Under the pieces are notes generated by a model that saw nothing but the letters and a program-made list of their open reading frames with translations, was not told the origin of the DNA and did no database searches. The translations under genes and the position numbers were made by a program. Below are positions 28,509 through 38,603 of a stretch of DNA of 64,000 bases, one piece after another. The DNA is from an uncultured Chloroflexia bacterium (GTDB lineage: Bacteria > Chloroflexota > Limnocylindria > Limnocylindrales > CSP1-4). The first letter of the stretch is position 1, and each line of letters begins with the position of its first letter. Location of the stretch: NCBI GenBank assembly GCA_963713975.1, contig OY970218.1, positions 1,952,001 through 2,016,000 of the forward strand. Direction: 5' to 3'.

Positions 28509-30920
28509 ATGACCATGGCTGCACCTGTTCGACCGGACAGCCGCGTCCCGGCCGCCAGCGATCCGTCCACCGCCCGCACGCTCCACGTGGAGGGCGTGGT
28601 CCAGGGCGTTGGATTCCGGCCGTTCGTCTGGAGGCTGGCGACGGAGCTGGGTCTCGCGGGTCGGGTCCGCAATGCCGCCGGCAGGGTCGAGATCGTGGCC
28701 GCCGGTTCGACCGCCGGGCTGGACGACATGGCCCGCCGCCTCCGGACGGACGCCCCGCCCCGTGCGAGGGTCGAGCGGGTGACCGTGGGCCCGTACACCG
28801 GGGACGCCGCCGCACTGCCCATGCCGTTCGCCATCGACGAGAGCGTGGCGGCCGTGGGTGCCGATCGCCTGTTCCCTCCCGACATCGCCACCTGTGACGA
28901 CTGCCTGCGCGAGCTGCACGACCCCGCGGATCGCCGGTACCGCTACCCGTTCACCAACTGCACGAACTGTGGACCGCGGGCCACGATCATCGACGAGCTC
29001 CCGTACGACCGGGCTCAGACGACGATGCGGGCGTTCCCGCTGTGCGCCGCCTGCGAGGCCGAGTACCGCGACCCGGCGGACCGGCGGTTCCACGCCGAGC
29101 CCGTCGCCTGTCCCGCGTGCGGTCCCCGGCTGGCCTGGTGGCCCACAGGTGCCCCGGCCCCGATCGCCGCCTCCGAGGCCGCGCTCGCCGCGGCCGTCCG
29201 GGAGCTTCGCCACGGGGCCGTGGTCGCGGTCAAGGGCCTGGGTGGGTATCACCTTGCCTGCGATGCCACCGACGTGGAGGCCGTGGGCAGGCTCCGGGAC
29301 CGCAAGCGCCGATGGGCGAAGCCGTTCGCGATCATGGTCCGGGACCTCGCCGCGGCCCGGGACCTGTGCCGGGTGGGCGTCCTCGAGCGCCGCATCCTGG
29401 AGAGCCCCGCCCGCCCCATCGTCCTGCTCGAGGCGCGGCGAGACGGACGTCCAGGTCTGGCGCCCGCCGTGGCCGCCGGGAATCGCCGGTTGGGCGTGCT
29501 GCTCCCGTACACCCCGCTCCACCACCTCCTGCTCGAGGCCGTCGACCGGCCCCTCGTCCTGACGTCGGGCAACCTGACGGACGAGCCTCTTGCCACGGAC
29601 GACGCGGACGCCTCCATCCGGCTGGCGGGCCTCGCCGACGGGTTCCTCGCCCACGACCGCGAGATCAGGGCCCGCTACGACGACTCGGTGACGCGGGTGG
29701 TCGCGCGCCGCGAGTCGGTGGTGCGGCGCGCTCGCGGGTATGCCCCGGACCCCATGCCGCTCCCGGTGGCGACGCCCGTTCCGCTGCTGGCCGTCGGCGC
29801 CGAGCTCAAGCACACGTTCACGCTCGCTCGCGGGGGGCGCGCCCACGTCGCCCCCCACAACGGGGACCTCGAGGACCTGGCAACCCACCGTGCGTTCACG
29901 GACGGACTGGCCCACCTGTCGCGGCTGCTCGCGCTCGAGCCGGAGATCGTCGTCCACGACCTGCATCCGGAGTACCTCTCGACCAAGTACGCGCTGGAGC
30001 GGTTCCCGGCCGCGAAGCGGATCGTCGTCCAGCACCACCACGCGCACGTCGCCTCGTGCGCGGCCGAGCACGGCATCACCTCCCCGTTCCTGGGCGTGGC
30101 CTACGACGGGCTTGGCATGGGCGACGACGGCACGTTCTGGGGCGGTGAGCTGTTCCTCGCGGATCTCCGCGGCTACCGGCGGCTCGGCAGGTTCGGGCGG
30201 GCGCCGATGCCCGGTGGAGCGCTCGCGGTGCGCAAGCCCTACCGGATGGCCCTCGGCTATCTCCTTGGCGCGGAGGCCACCGGCGACAATGAGACCGGGA
30301 TGGAGTTCAACTCCCTGTCGCAAGGCGTCGCAGGGCCGTTCCTCGCCCGCCTCGATCCCCGGGAGGTGTCGCTGGTCGGGACGCAGGTCGCCCGCCGCCT
30401 CAACGCCCCGCTCGCCTCCTCGGCGGGACGGCTGTTCGATGCCGCGGCCGCCCTCCTCGGCATCCGCGACGTGGCGGAGTACGAGGCCCAGGCGGCGATC
30501 GACCTGGAGCTGGCCGCGGGCGATCGACGGCCCGGCGCACTCCCCTGGCGCCTGGCCTGGGCCGACGGCCTGCTGGTGTACGACCCGCGGCCCACGCTAC
30601 TCGCGCTGCTCGACGGACTCGGTGGCGGACGTTCGCCGGGCTCCCTGGCCGCGGGCTTCCAGGAGACGATCTCGGACGTTACGGCCGCGATGCTCGATGA
30701 TGTGCGGAAGCGGACCGGCGTCCGGACCGTCTGCCTGTCCGGCGGCGTGTTCCAGAACCGGCGGCTGGCGTCCGACCTGGTGCGCCGCCTTGCCGCCGAC
30801 GGGTTCGAGGTGTTCATCAATCGCCAGGTTCCCGTCAACGACGGGGGCGTGAGCTACGGACAGGCCGCGGTGGCGGCGGCGAGACTGGGTGCCGGTGACG
30901 CGCCCATCGAGGAGGGCTGA
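28509..30920 (+). CDS. hypF: Hydrogenase maturation carbamoyltransferase HypF
   Basis: GVVQGVGFRPF acylphosphatase domain, two CxxC zinc fingers, KGLGGYHL, HDLHPEY, QHHHAH, SSAGRLFDA, NDGGVSYGQ. Confidence 0.96.
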   Translation: MTMAAPVRPDSRVPAASDPSTARTLHVEGVVQGVGFRPFVWRLATELGLAGRVRNAAGRVEIVAAGSTAGLDDMARRLRTDAPPRARVERVTVGPYTGDAAALPMPFAIDESVAAVGADRLFPPDIATCDDCLRELHDPADRRYRYPFTNCTNCGPRATIIDELPYDRAQTTMRAFPLCAACEAEYRDPADRRFHAEPVACPACGPRLAWWPTGAPAPIAASEAALAAAVRELRHGAVVAVKGLGGYHLACDATDVEAVGRLRDRKRRWAKPFAIMVRDLAAARDLCRVGVLERRILESPARPIVLLEARRDGRPGLAPAVAAGNRRLGVLLPYTPLHHLLLEAVDRPLVLTSGNLTDEPLATDDADASIRLAGLADGFLAHDREIRARYDDSVTRVVARRESVVRRARGYAPDPMPLPVATPVPLLAVGAELKHTFTLARGGRAHVAPHNGDLEDLATHRAFTDGLAHLSRLLALEPEIVVHDLHPEYLSTKYALERFPAAKRIVVQHHHAHVASCAAEHGITSPFLGVAYDGLGMGDDGTFWGGELFLADLRGYRRLGRFGRAPMPGGALAVRKPYRMALGYLLGAEATGDNETGMEFNSLSQGVAGPFLARLDPREVSLVGTQVARRLNAPLASSAGRLFDAAAALLGIRDVAEYEAQAAIDLELAAGDRRPGALPWRLAWADGLLVYDPRPTLLALLDGLGGGRSPGSLAAGFQETISDVTAAMLDDVRKRTGVRTVCLSGGVFQNRRLASDLVRRLAADGFEVFINRQVPVNDGGVSYGQAAVAAARLGAGDAPIEEG

Positions 30921-30923
30921 GCA

Positions 30924-31274
30924 ATGTGTCTGGGGATCCCGGGCAAGGTCACGGAGATCCGCGACGAGGCCGGCCTCGCCATGGGCAAGGTGGACTTCGG
31001 CGGCGTGCGCAAGGATGCCTGCCTCGCGTACCTGCCCGAGGTCGAGCTGGGCGACTACGTCATCGTCCACGTCGGCTTTGCCATCAGCCGGGTGGATGAG
31101 GAGGAGGCTCTCAAGACGCTTGAGATCCTCGGTGAGATGGGCGTCATGGAGCCCGAGCTCATGACGATGGGGCCGGGCATGGACGAGCCCGCTATCGAGT
31201 CCGATGACGCCCCGGACGCCCTGACCTTCGACCCGGCGCTCCGGAGCTCGGCCATGGGGGGCCCAGCCTCGTGA
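30924..31274 (+). CDS. hypC: Hydrogenase maturation chaperone HypC
   Basis: MCLGIPG N-terminus, [12 protein letters not shown]; acidic C-terminal extension. Confidence 0.95.
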   Translation: MCLGIPGKVTEIRDEAGLAMGKVDFGGVRKDACLAYLPEVELGDYVIVHVGFAISRVDEEEALKTLEILGEMGVMEPELMTMGPGMDEPAIESDDAPDALTFDPALRSSAMGGPAS

Positions 31275-32428
31275 AATACCTCGACGAGTACCGCGACCCC
31301 GTGCTCGCGAGGAAGCTGCTTGCGGAGATCCACCGGATCACGACCCGGCCGTGGACCCTGATGGAGGTCTGCGGAGGCCAGACGCACACGATCGTCAAGC
31401 AGGGGATCGACGAGGCGCTGCCCGAGGGTGTGCGCATGATCCACGGCCCCGGCTGCCCGGTGTGCGTGACGCCCCTCGAGCAGGTGGACAAGGCGCTAGC
31501 CATCGCCGCCCGCCCCGACGTGATCTTCACCAGCTACGGTGACATGCTGCGCGTCCCCGGCTCCTCGACGGACCTGCTCGCCCTCAAGGCCCGTGGTGCC
31601 GACGTCCGCATCGTCTACAGCCCGCTGGACGCCCTCAAGATCGCGCTCGCGAACCCGGACCGACAGGTCGTCTTCTTCGCCGTCGGCTTCGAGACGACCG
31701 CGCCCGCGAACGCCATGGCGGTGGCGGAGGCGGCCCGCCGCGGCATCGACAACTTCAGCGTCCTGGTGTCGCACGTCCTGGTGCCGCCGGCCATGACCGC
31801 GCTCCTGGACTCGCCCACGAACAAGGTCCAGTCGTTCCTGGCCGCGGGTCACGTGTGCGCCATCATGGGCTGGACCGAGTACGAGCCGATCGCCGCGAAG
31901 TACAAGGTCCCGATCGTGGTGACCGGCTTCGAGCCGCTCGACCTGCTGGAGGGGATCCTCATGGCGATCCGCCAGCTGGAGGAGGGTCGCTTCGAGGTCG
32001 AGAACCAGTACACCCGCGCCGTAACCCGCGAGGGTGTGCCCCTCGCCCAGCAGCAGGTTTTGGCCGTGTTCGAGGTGGGGCCGCGCAAGTGGCGGGGCGT
32101 GGGCGAGATCCCGATGTCCGGGTACCGTCTCCGCGCTGGGTACGCGCGGTTCGACGCCGAGCAGAAGTTCGACGTCGGGGACATCCACACGAGCGAGCAC
32201 CCGGCCTGTATCGCTGGCGCCATCCTGACCGGCGACAAGACGCCGCTCGATTGCGCCGCCTATGGGACCCTGTGCAATCCGCAGAGGCCGCTCGGTGCCC
32301 CGATGGTCAGCTCCGAGGGCACCTGCGCCGCGTTCTTCTCGGCCGGCCGCGGCCTCAACACCGCCGGCGGCTTCTCGCCCGCCCTGCCTCTGGTGCAGGT
32401 CAGCCCATCGATGGAGACGCCGCGATGA
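31271..32428 (+). CDS. hypD: Hydrogenase formation protein HypD
   Basis: [40 protein letters not shown]. Confidence 0.96.
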   Translation: MKYLDEYRDPVLARKLLAEIHRITTRPWTLMEVCGGQTHTIVKQGIDEALPEGVRMIHGPGCPVCVTPLEQVDKALAIAARPDVIFTSYGDMLRVPGSSTDLLALKARGADVRIVYSPLDALKIALANPDRQVVFFAVGFETTAPANAMAVAEAARRGIDNFSVLVSHVLVPPAMTALLDSPTNKVQSFLAAGHVCAIMGWTEYEPIAAKYKVPIVVTGFEPLDLLEGILMAIRQLEEGRFEVENQYTRAVTREGVPLAQQQVLAVFEVGPRKWRGVGEIPMSGYRLRAGYARFDAEQKFDVGDIHTSEHPACIAGAILTGDKTPLDCAAYGTLCNPQRPLGAPMVSSEGTCAAFFSAGRGLNTAGGFSPALPLVQVSPSMETPR

Positions 32429-33504
32429 CCGCTTCCGATCGGCCGCTGGTCACGATCGACGCGGACGGCGTCGCGTGCCCGGCGCCCATCCCCGAGGACC
32501 AGCGCGTGATCCTGGGGCACGGGTCCGGCGGACTGCTGTCGGCGGCGCTGTACCGGGACCTGCTTGGTCCGGCCCTGGCTCCTGCCGCGCCGGGCGGTGT
32601 GCTCAACGACGCGGCCGTGGTGGACATCGGCGGGGAGCGCGTCGCGTTCACCACGGATTCGTTCGTCGTGTCCCCGATCCGGTTCCCTGGCGGGGACATC
32701 GGCGAGCTGGCGGTCAACGGCACCATCAATGACCTGGCCATGATGGGAGCGATGCCGACCGCGATCAGCCTCGCCTTCGTGATCGAGGAGGGGCTCCCGC
32801 TCGAGGAGCTGCGCCTGATCACGATGTCGGCAGCGGCAGCGGCCACGAAGGCCGGGGCGCGGATCGTCACAGGCGACACCAAGGTGGTCGGCCGGGGCGC
32901 AGCCGACAGGCTGTTCGTCAACACCGCGGGCATCGGGCTGATCCCGGACGGCGTCGTCCCGTCCGCGGACCGGGCCCGGCCCGGTGACGTGGTCATCGTG
33001 TCCGGCGAGATCGGACTCCACGGAGTGGCCATCATGAGCGTCCGCGAGGGGCTGGAGTTCGAGGTCGAGATCGCCTCCGACACCCAGGCGCTCAACGGGC
33101 TCGTGGCGGCGATCACGGCCGTGGAGCCCGACGTCCACGTCCTCCGCGACCCGACCCGCGGCGGTCTGTCGTCGGCGCTCAACGAGATCGCGGCGTCATC
33201 GCACGTGGGCATGGTCCTTGACGAGCCGGCCATCCCGATCCCGGGCGCGGTTCGTGCCGCCTGCGAGTTCCTGGGCCTGGACCCGCTCCACGTCGCCAAC
33301 GAGGGCAAGCTCGTCGCGATCGTGCCGGCGGCGTCGTCGGCAGCCGTCCTCGCGGCCATGCGGGCCGTCCCGGAGGGTGCCAGCGCCGCCGTGATCGGCG
33401 AGGTCGTCGCGGATCACCCAGGGATGGTGACCATCCGCACGATCGTGGGCAGCGAGCGGATCGTGGACATGCTCGTCGGAGAGCAGCTGCCGCGGATCTG
33501 CTGA
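32425..33504 (+). CDS. hypE: Hydrogenase maturation protein HypE
   Basis: [33 protein letters not shown]-terminal LPRIC. Confidence 0.96.
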   Translation: MTASDRPLVTIDADGVACPAPIPEDQRVILGHGSGGLLSAALYRDLLGPALAPAAPGGVLNDAAVVDIGGERVAFTTDSFVVSPIRFPGGDIGELAVNGTINDLAMMGAMPTAISLAFVIEEGLPLEELRLITMSAAAAATKAGARIVTGDTKVVGRGAADRLFVNTAGIGLIPDGVVPSADRARPGDVVIVSGEIGLHGVAIMSVREGLEFEVEIASDTQALNGLVAAITAVEPDVHVLRDPTRGGLSSALNEIAASSHVGMVLDEPAIPIPGAVRAACEFLGLDPLHVANEGKLVAIVPAASSAAVLAAMRAVPEGASAAVIGEVVADHPGMVTIRTIVGSERIVDMLVGEQLPRIC

Positions 33505-33523
33505 GGTGCGGATCTGCTGAGGC

Positions 33524-33946
33524 TCAGGCCTCCGGACGGTCGTCCGTCCTGCGGCGCTCCACGATCCGCGAAGCGAGGCGCGCCAGCCCATAGCCGAGGG
33601 CGATCGGGACGCCGAACCAGATCGTGGCGATCGCGCCCGAGAACAGGTCGATCGGCACCGGCCGGCCGTCGAGATACGACATGGCCAGGACGATGATCTG
33701 TCCGGCGATCTGGCCGAGCCCGACCACGAACAGCCCAGTCCAGCCCCGCGTGACGAGGCCCGCGACAGCGCCCGCGATGGCCAGCAGGAGCGGCGAGATC
33801 AGGACGGCCTGCGGCTCGCACACCTTGGACACGCCCTGGCCGACGCAGCCGATGTTCGTGCCCCCGAACACGGACAGCGGGACCACGACCAGGATGATGA
33901 CGAGGGCGATCCAGTCGCGCAGCATGCTGTGGCGGGATGTGTCCAA
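33524..33946 (-). CDS. Small membrane protein (about 4 TM)
   Basis: Four hydrophobic segments; TTG 33946 after GGAGGA (alternative ATG 33925). Confidence 0.7.
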   Translation of the reverse strand: MDTSRHSMLRDWIALVIILVVVPLSVFGGTNIGCVGQGVSKVCEPQAVLISPLLLAIAGAVAGLVTRGWTGLFVVGLGQIAGQIIVLAMSYLDGRPVPIDLFSGAIATIWFGVPIALGYGLARLASRIVERRRTDDRPEA

Positions 33947-34110
33947 TCCGGCTCCTCCGTGCCCCACGATGATGCCGCCCCGGGCGGCGTCGCGCCAGCC
34001 CGTTGCGCAGGGTCCGGCGACCTTGAGCGCACCCATCGCCGATGGCTGGGATGGTGCCGCACTGCCGTTGGCCGCTGCGGGATCGGTGCCGAAGCGGTAG
34101 CATCAGGACC

Positions 34111-34215
34111 ATGCACAAGGTCCCCGAGACCCGCGACGTCATCGTTGTCGCCCCCACAACCCACGCCCCCAGGCCCTTCCCGGCCCCCGCGCCTCTCGCG
34201 CTCGCGGTGGCGTGA
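34111..34215 (+). CDS. Putative leaderless 34-aa leader ORF
   Basis: TAGCAT (34098-34103) 7 nt before ATG 34111; MHKVPETRDVIVVAPTTHAPRPFPAPAPLALAVA; TGA overlaps the next ATG (TGATG). Confidence 0.4.
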   Translation: MHKVPETRDVIVVAPTTHAPRPFPAPAPLALAVA

Positions 34216-34592
34216 TGGAATTGGAGGCGCTGCTCGAGGCCGCCAAGGCCGCCCCGCCCGAGCGGCGCATCGAGTTCCGCGATCAGATCGCCGCCCACGG
34301 CACCCTCGCGATCGAGGGTGTGAAGCCGTGGCTCGTTGACGACGTTCTCGCAGCGTTTGCTGTTCGGGTGATCGAACAGGTCGGGATCCACGGCGAGCCC
34401 GAGATGGCCACGAAGGTGCTCCGGGCTGCACGCACGAAGGTGCCGCCCAGCGTGACGGACGACGTGACGTGGGCGCTCCAGCGCATCAAGCTGGCAGCTC
34501 AGCCCGAGCCGCCTCCCGCGCCCGAGCCCGTCGCCGTGGTCCGGCGAGCGCCGGTGCAGTCCGCTTCGTCCACCCGCCGCCGGACACGCTGA
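34215..34592 (+). CDS. Hypothetical helical (HEAT-like) protein
   Basis: Coding-like GC3; amphipathic helical pattern with Pro/Arg-rich tail. Confidence 0.65.
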   Translation: MELEALLEAAKAAPPERRIEFRDQIAAHGTLAIEGVKPWLVDDVLAAFAVRVIEQVGIHGEPEMATKVLRAARTKVPPSVTDDVTWALQRIKLAAQPEPPPAPEPVAVVRRAPVQSASSTRRRTR

Positions 34593-34700
34593 CCTAGGGG
34601 GTCTGGCTCCGTCCGCCCGGCGGACGCACACGAACCCCGGTCCCGACCATCATGCCGGCGTGCGCGAGCACCCGCCCCAACCTCGCCCAACCAGGTCCAG

Positions 34701-36317
34701 ATGTCCCGTAGCGTCCGTCTCCGACCCTGGCAGCACGCAGCCCTCGCCCGCTACACGGCCACTCGGAATCGGGACTTCCTTGCCGTCGCGACGCCCGGTG
34801 CCGGCAAGACGACCTTTGCCCTGACGGCTCTGCGCACGGCGCTCGCGACGCAGCCGGCACGCGTGGTGATCGTCGCGCCGACCGCGCATCTCAAGCTCCA
34901 GTGGGCGGCGGCGGCAACTCGCCTGCATCTCCACCTGGATCCTGCGTGGTCGCCGTCGGATGGGGCGATGCCACCCGACATGCACGGCGTGGTCACCAGC
35001 TACCAGCAGGTTGCCATGAGCGCCCGAGACCTGCGGACGCTCGCACGTGGCGCGTTCGTCGTGCTCGACGAGGTCCACCACGCCGGCGAGGACCAGGCCT
35101 GGGGCGACGCCCTGCGCGTAGCGTTCGCCGACAGCGGACCTCGCCTGTCCCTTTCCGGAACGCCGTTCCGCAGCGACACCCGGGCGATCCCGTTCGTGCG
35201 CTACGAGGCTGACGAGGCCGTCCCTGACTTCGAGTACGGCTACGGCGATGCCCTCCGCGACGGCCGCGTGGTGCGCCCCGTCTACTTCCCACGCGTCGGC
35301 GGGGATATGGAGTGGAGCGCCCCCGACGGAACCCTCCACCAGGCAACCTTCGACGACCCCCTGGCGACGCAGCTGGCCAACCAGCGGCTTCGGACGGCGC
35401 TCGCCCTCGACGGCGATTGGCTGCCGGCGGTGCTGCGCGACGCGGTCGCGCGCCTTGCAGACGTCCGGCGCCACCAGGCGGACGCGGGCGGCCTGGTCAT
35501 CGCCATGGATCAGGACCATGCCCGCGGCATCGCAGCCTTGCTCAGGCGCGAGATCGGGGAACCGGCCGTCGTCGTGACCTCGGACGATCCGGCGGCCTCC
35601 GCGCGGATCGTCCAGTTCGCGGCCGGTCGCGACCCGTGGTTGGTGGCCGTGCGGATGGTTTCCGAGGGCGTCGACATCCCGCGCCTGCGTGTGGGCGTGT
35701 ACGCGACGACCATCACGACCGACCTCTACTTCCGCCAGGCGGTGGGCCGGTTCGTTCGCTGGGTGCCCGGTGTCCGCGACCAGCGGGCGTGGCTGTTCCT
35801 CCCTGACGACCCGCGACTGCGGGTCCGAGCTTCGGAGATCGCGGAGCAGCGGCGTCACTCGCTGCGGCGCTCGCACCAGGACGACGAGGGCGGCCTGCAA
35901 CCGGTACTGCGGCCGGACGCGCCGATGCTCGGCGACCAGCTGTCCCTGTTCACGGCCCTGTCGGCGGTCGTGGCCGGCGACGGGTCCACGCAATCGCCGT
36001 GGCACGAGCCACTCCCGGACGACTGGGGGGATGGGGCCGATGCCTCGATCGAGGTCGAGCTGGGTCCGCCGCCCGCGCTCATGGCTCCGCCCGGCGGTGG
36101 GAGCGGCCCGACCCGGCGGGAGCTCAAGGACCGCCTGCGGTCGGCCAACGCCGACGCCGCGAGGGACATTGCGAGGGTGTCGGGGCTCTCGTTTGCGGCC
36201 GTCAACCTGGAGCTCAACCGGCAGGCCGGGATCCGTCGCGTGACCGAGGCCACGGAGGACCAGCTCCAGGCACGTCTCCACGCGGGCCGACGCTGGCAGT
36301 GGCGCCTGGGCCGGTAG
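34701..36317 (+). CDS. SF2 DEAD/DEAH-box helicase (ResIII-like)
   Basis: LRPWQ, TPGAGKT, DEVHH, LSGTPFR, MVSEGVDIP, QAVGRFVR. Confidence 0.9.
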   Translation: MSRSVRLRPWQHAALARYTATRNRDFLAVATPGAGKTTFALTALRTALATQPARVVIVAPTAHLKLQWAAAATRLHLHLDPAWSPSDGAMPPDMHGVVTSYQQVAMSARDLRTLARGAFVVLDEVHHAGEDQAWGDALRVAFADSGPRLSLSGTPFRSDTRAIPFVRYEADEAVPDFEYGYGDALRDGRVVRPVYFPRVGGDMEWSAPDGTLHQATFDDPLATQLANQRLRTALALDGDWLPAVLRDAVARLADVRRHQADAGGLVIAMDQDHARGIAALLRREIGEPAVVVTSDDPAASARIVQFAAGRDPWLVAVRMVSEGVDIPRLRVGVYATTITTDLYFRQAVGRFVRWVPGVRDQRAWLFLPDDPRLRVRASEIAEQRRHSLRRSHQDDEGGLQPVLRPDAPMLGDQLSLFTALSAVVAGDGSTQSPWHEPLPDDWGDGADASIEVELGPPPALMAPPGGGSGPTRRELKDRLRSANADAARDIARVSGLSFAAVNLELNRQAGIRRVTEATEDQLQARLHAGRRWQWRLGR

Positions 36318-36345
36318 CCCGGCGGTCCGCCGCCCCGGGATGCGG

Positions 36346-36372
36346 CGAGGCCCCTCCGGTGGAGGGGCCTCG
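36346..36372. terminator. Putative bidirectional terminator
   Basis: Perfect 12-bp stem CGAGGCCCCTCC / GGAGGGGCCTCG between the convergent helicase and NCS1 genes. Confidence 0.6.
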
Positions 36373-36416
36373 GGTTGCCGCGCGAGTGATATCGGCCGGC
36401 GGGGCCGGCCGTGCTG

Positions 36417-37988
36417 TCAGCTTGTCTGTGCCTCGACGTGCTTCCTGCCTACGGTGAGCGTCAGCGCACCGTAGATCACGAAGGCCACCGCCAGGCCAAC
36501 GGCCCAGCTGTAGTCGTAGAACGGCTTGAGGAACGGGATGAGCCCGTCCGCGGGGAACGGCTTCATGTCCGTCTGCGAGTACGCCCCGCCGATGGCGATG
36601 AAGATGCCGATGAGCAGCGACGCGACGGCGATCCAGTTCCAGCCCTTGGCGTACCCGTAGACGCCGTCGGTCCGATACAGGTCGGCGAGCTTGAGCTGCT
36701 TGCGGCGGACCCACCAGTAGTCGGCGATCAGCACGCCGGCGATGGGGCCGGTGGCGCCACCGTAGGTGCCCAGCCAGGTCCAGATGTACTGGTTGGGATC
36801 GGCCAGCAGCTGCCAGGGCATGATCAGGACGCCGATGATGCCCGTGATGATGCCGCCGGTCCGGAAGGAGATCTTGCGCGGCCAGGCGTTCGAGAAGTCG
36901 TACGACGGGCTCACGACGTTGGCGGCGACGTTGGTCGTCAGCGTGGCGAGCGCGAGCGCCGCCAGCATGACGATCAGGGCGATCGGGTTGTCGAGCTTGC
37001 CGGTCAGCTGGACCGGATCCCAGATCGCCTCGCCGAACACGATCACGGTGGCCGACGTCGTGAGGACGCCCACCAGCGGGAACAGCGTCATGGTCGTGGG
37101 CAGGCCAAGGGTCTGGCCGATGGCCTGCTCACGCTGGCTGCGGCCGAACCGGGTGAAGTCCGGCATGTTCAGGGAGAGCGTGGACCAGAACGCGATCATG
37201 CCCATCAGGGAGATCGGGAAGATCTTCCAGAAGTCGGGGCCCCAGCCAAGCTTGCCGGAATCCTCGACGACCGGTCCGAGGCCGCCGGCCTGGGCGACCA
37301 TCCAGACCATGAGGCCCAGGAAGACCACGATCAGGAACGGGGCCGCCCAGCCCTCGAAGCGCTTGATCGCCTCCATGCCCCACATGATGATCATGATGTT
37401 GAGCGCCCAGAAGATGGCGAAGCACAGCCACAGCGTCCACGGATGAGCGGGCGCATCCCCGAAGCCGAGGGCGATCCCCGACGCTCCGGTCCAGCCCGCG
37501 GCGTCACCCGTCAGGGTCAGGAGCAGCGCCCCGACCACGGCGAACAGCGCGGTGCCGCCGATCCAGGTCTGGATACCGAACCAGCCGCAGGCCACGAAGG
37601 CGCGCATCAGGGCCGGCAGGTTGGCGCCGTAGGTGCCGAACGACGCTCGTGCGATGACCGGGTAGGGGATGCCGTACTTGGTGCCCGCGTGGCTGATCGC
37701 CAGCATGGGGATCAGGACCAGCACGTTGGCGAGGAAGATCGTGAACAGGGCCTGGTACCAGGCCATCCCGAGCAGCATCAGGCCGGAGGCCAGCAGCCAG
37801 GTCGGGATGTTGATCGCCATGCCGATCCACAGCGACAGGTAGTTGTACGTGGTCCAGGTCCGCTTCGCGACCGGGACCGGGGCCAGGTCCTCGTTGTGGA
37901 GCGCGCCACCCAGGCCGGCATCGACCTCTGGGCTCAGCTCCACTCGTCCATCGGGAAGGACCGTTTGCTCCATCGACGCCAGTGCCAT
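36417..37988 (-). CDS. NCS1 family nucleobase:cation symporter (uracil/hydantoin/allantoin type)
   Basis: NEDLAP...RTW, GTKYGIPYPV, ACGWFGIQTW, LNMPDFTRF, NVAANVVSP, DYW; GAGGAGG RBS before ATG 37988. Confidence 0.92.
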   Translation of the reverse strand: MALASMEQTVLPDGRVELSPEVDAGLGGALHNEDLAPVPVAKRTWTTYNYLSLWIGMAINIPTWLLASGLMLLGMAWYQALFTIFLANVLVLIPMLAISHAGTKYGIPYPVIARASFGTYGANLPALMRAFVACGWFGIQTWIGGTALFAVVGALLLTLTGDAAGWTGASGIALGFGDAPAHPWTLWLCFAIFWALNIMIIMWGMEAIKRFEGWAAPFLIVVFLGLMVWMVAQAGGLGPVVEDSGKLGWGPDFWKIFPISLMGMIAFWSTLSLNMPDFTRFGRSQREQAIGQTLGLPTTMTLFPLVGVLTTSATVIVFGEAIWDPVQLTGKLDNPIALIVMLAALALATLTTNVAANVVSPSYDFSNAWPRKISFRTGGIITGIIGVLIMPWQLLADPNQYIWTWLGTYGGATGPIAGVLIADYWWVRRKQLKLADLYRTDGVYGYAKGWNWIAVASLLIGIFIAIGGAYSQTDMKPFPADGLIPFLKPFYDYSWAVGLAVAFVIYGALTLTVGRKHVEAQTS

Positions 37989-38603
37989 GGGCCTCCTCAC
38001 CTCCCAGGCAGGACCGGAGTCCCGCCTCGTGACTATGCGACGCCGGCCGGTCTCGCGACCCCACCGTGCGCCGGGCGACGCACGGCCCCACGGGAACGGC
38101 GCATCAGCGCCGGACCCACAGGGAGCAGGGAACGGGAGTCGCGAGGCTCGAGCCGCATCTTGGCGGCACTATCCCATACCGGGCAAGCCCCGCGTGCGGC
38201 CAGTCCGACGTGTCGTCAGGATGGGTCCGCAGGCGTGGCCAAACCAACGATGAGCGTGCACCGTCAAGGGCTCGGGCCTCCTCGGGTGGTCGGGACGTCG
38301 CAATCGATGGCCCATTGGAGCATCGTGACGCCGGACGGCAGAGGGCCTGAGGTCCCGAAAAGGAGCGCCGTTCGGGCCTCGCGGACGACGGCCAGAACCG
38401 GGTCGGCAGCCGCGGGCTCGCTCGGCGCCCGTGCGCCTGCTCGTCCAGCGCCCGCGCGTAGCCTTCGGCGTCCTCGTCGAGGTAGCCGCCGCGGCAGGCG
38501 TCCGCGTCGGCCCGGCGGATCGATGGCGGTTCGGCCACCCGCACCCGCGCTAGGCTTGGGCCGTACGCAGCGACCTCTTCAGCGACCACAGGAGCAGCCA
38601 CGC

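Noticed and set aside
34701-36317. Helicase as part of a restriction or anti-phage system
   Set aside because: No methylase, nuclease or other defence gene is adjacent, and composition matches the rest of the window.
36411-38603. Apparent 1058-aa fusion ending in the aldo/keto reductase
   Set aside because: The first ~730 aa are antisense to NCS1 and intergenic DNA; the real start is ATG 38604 after AGGAG.
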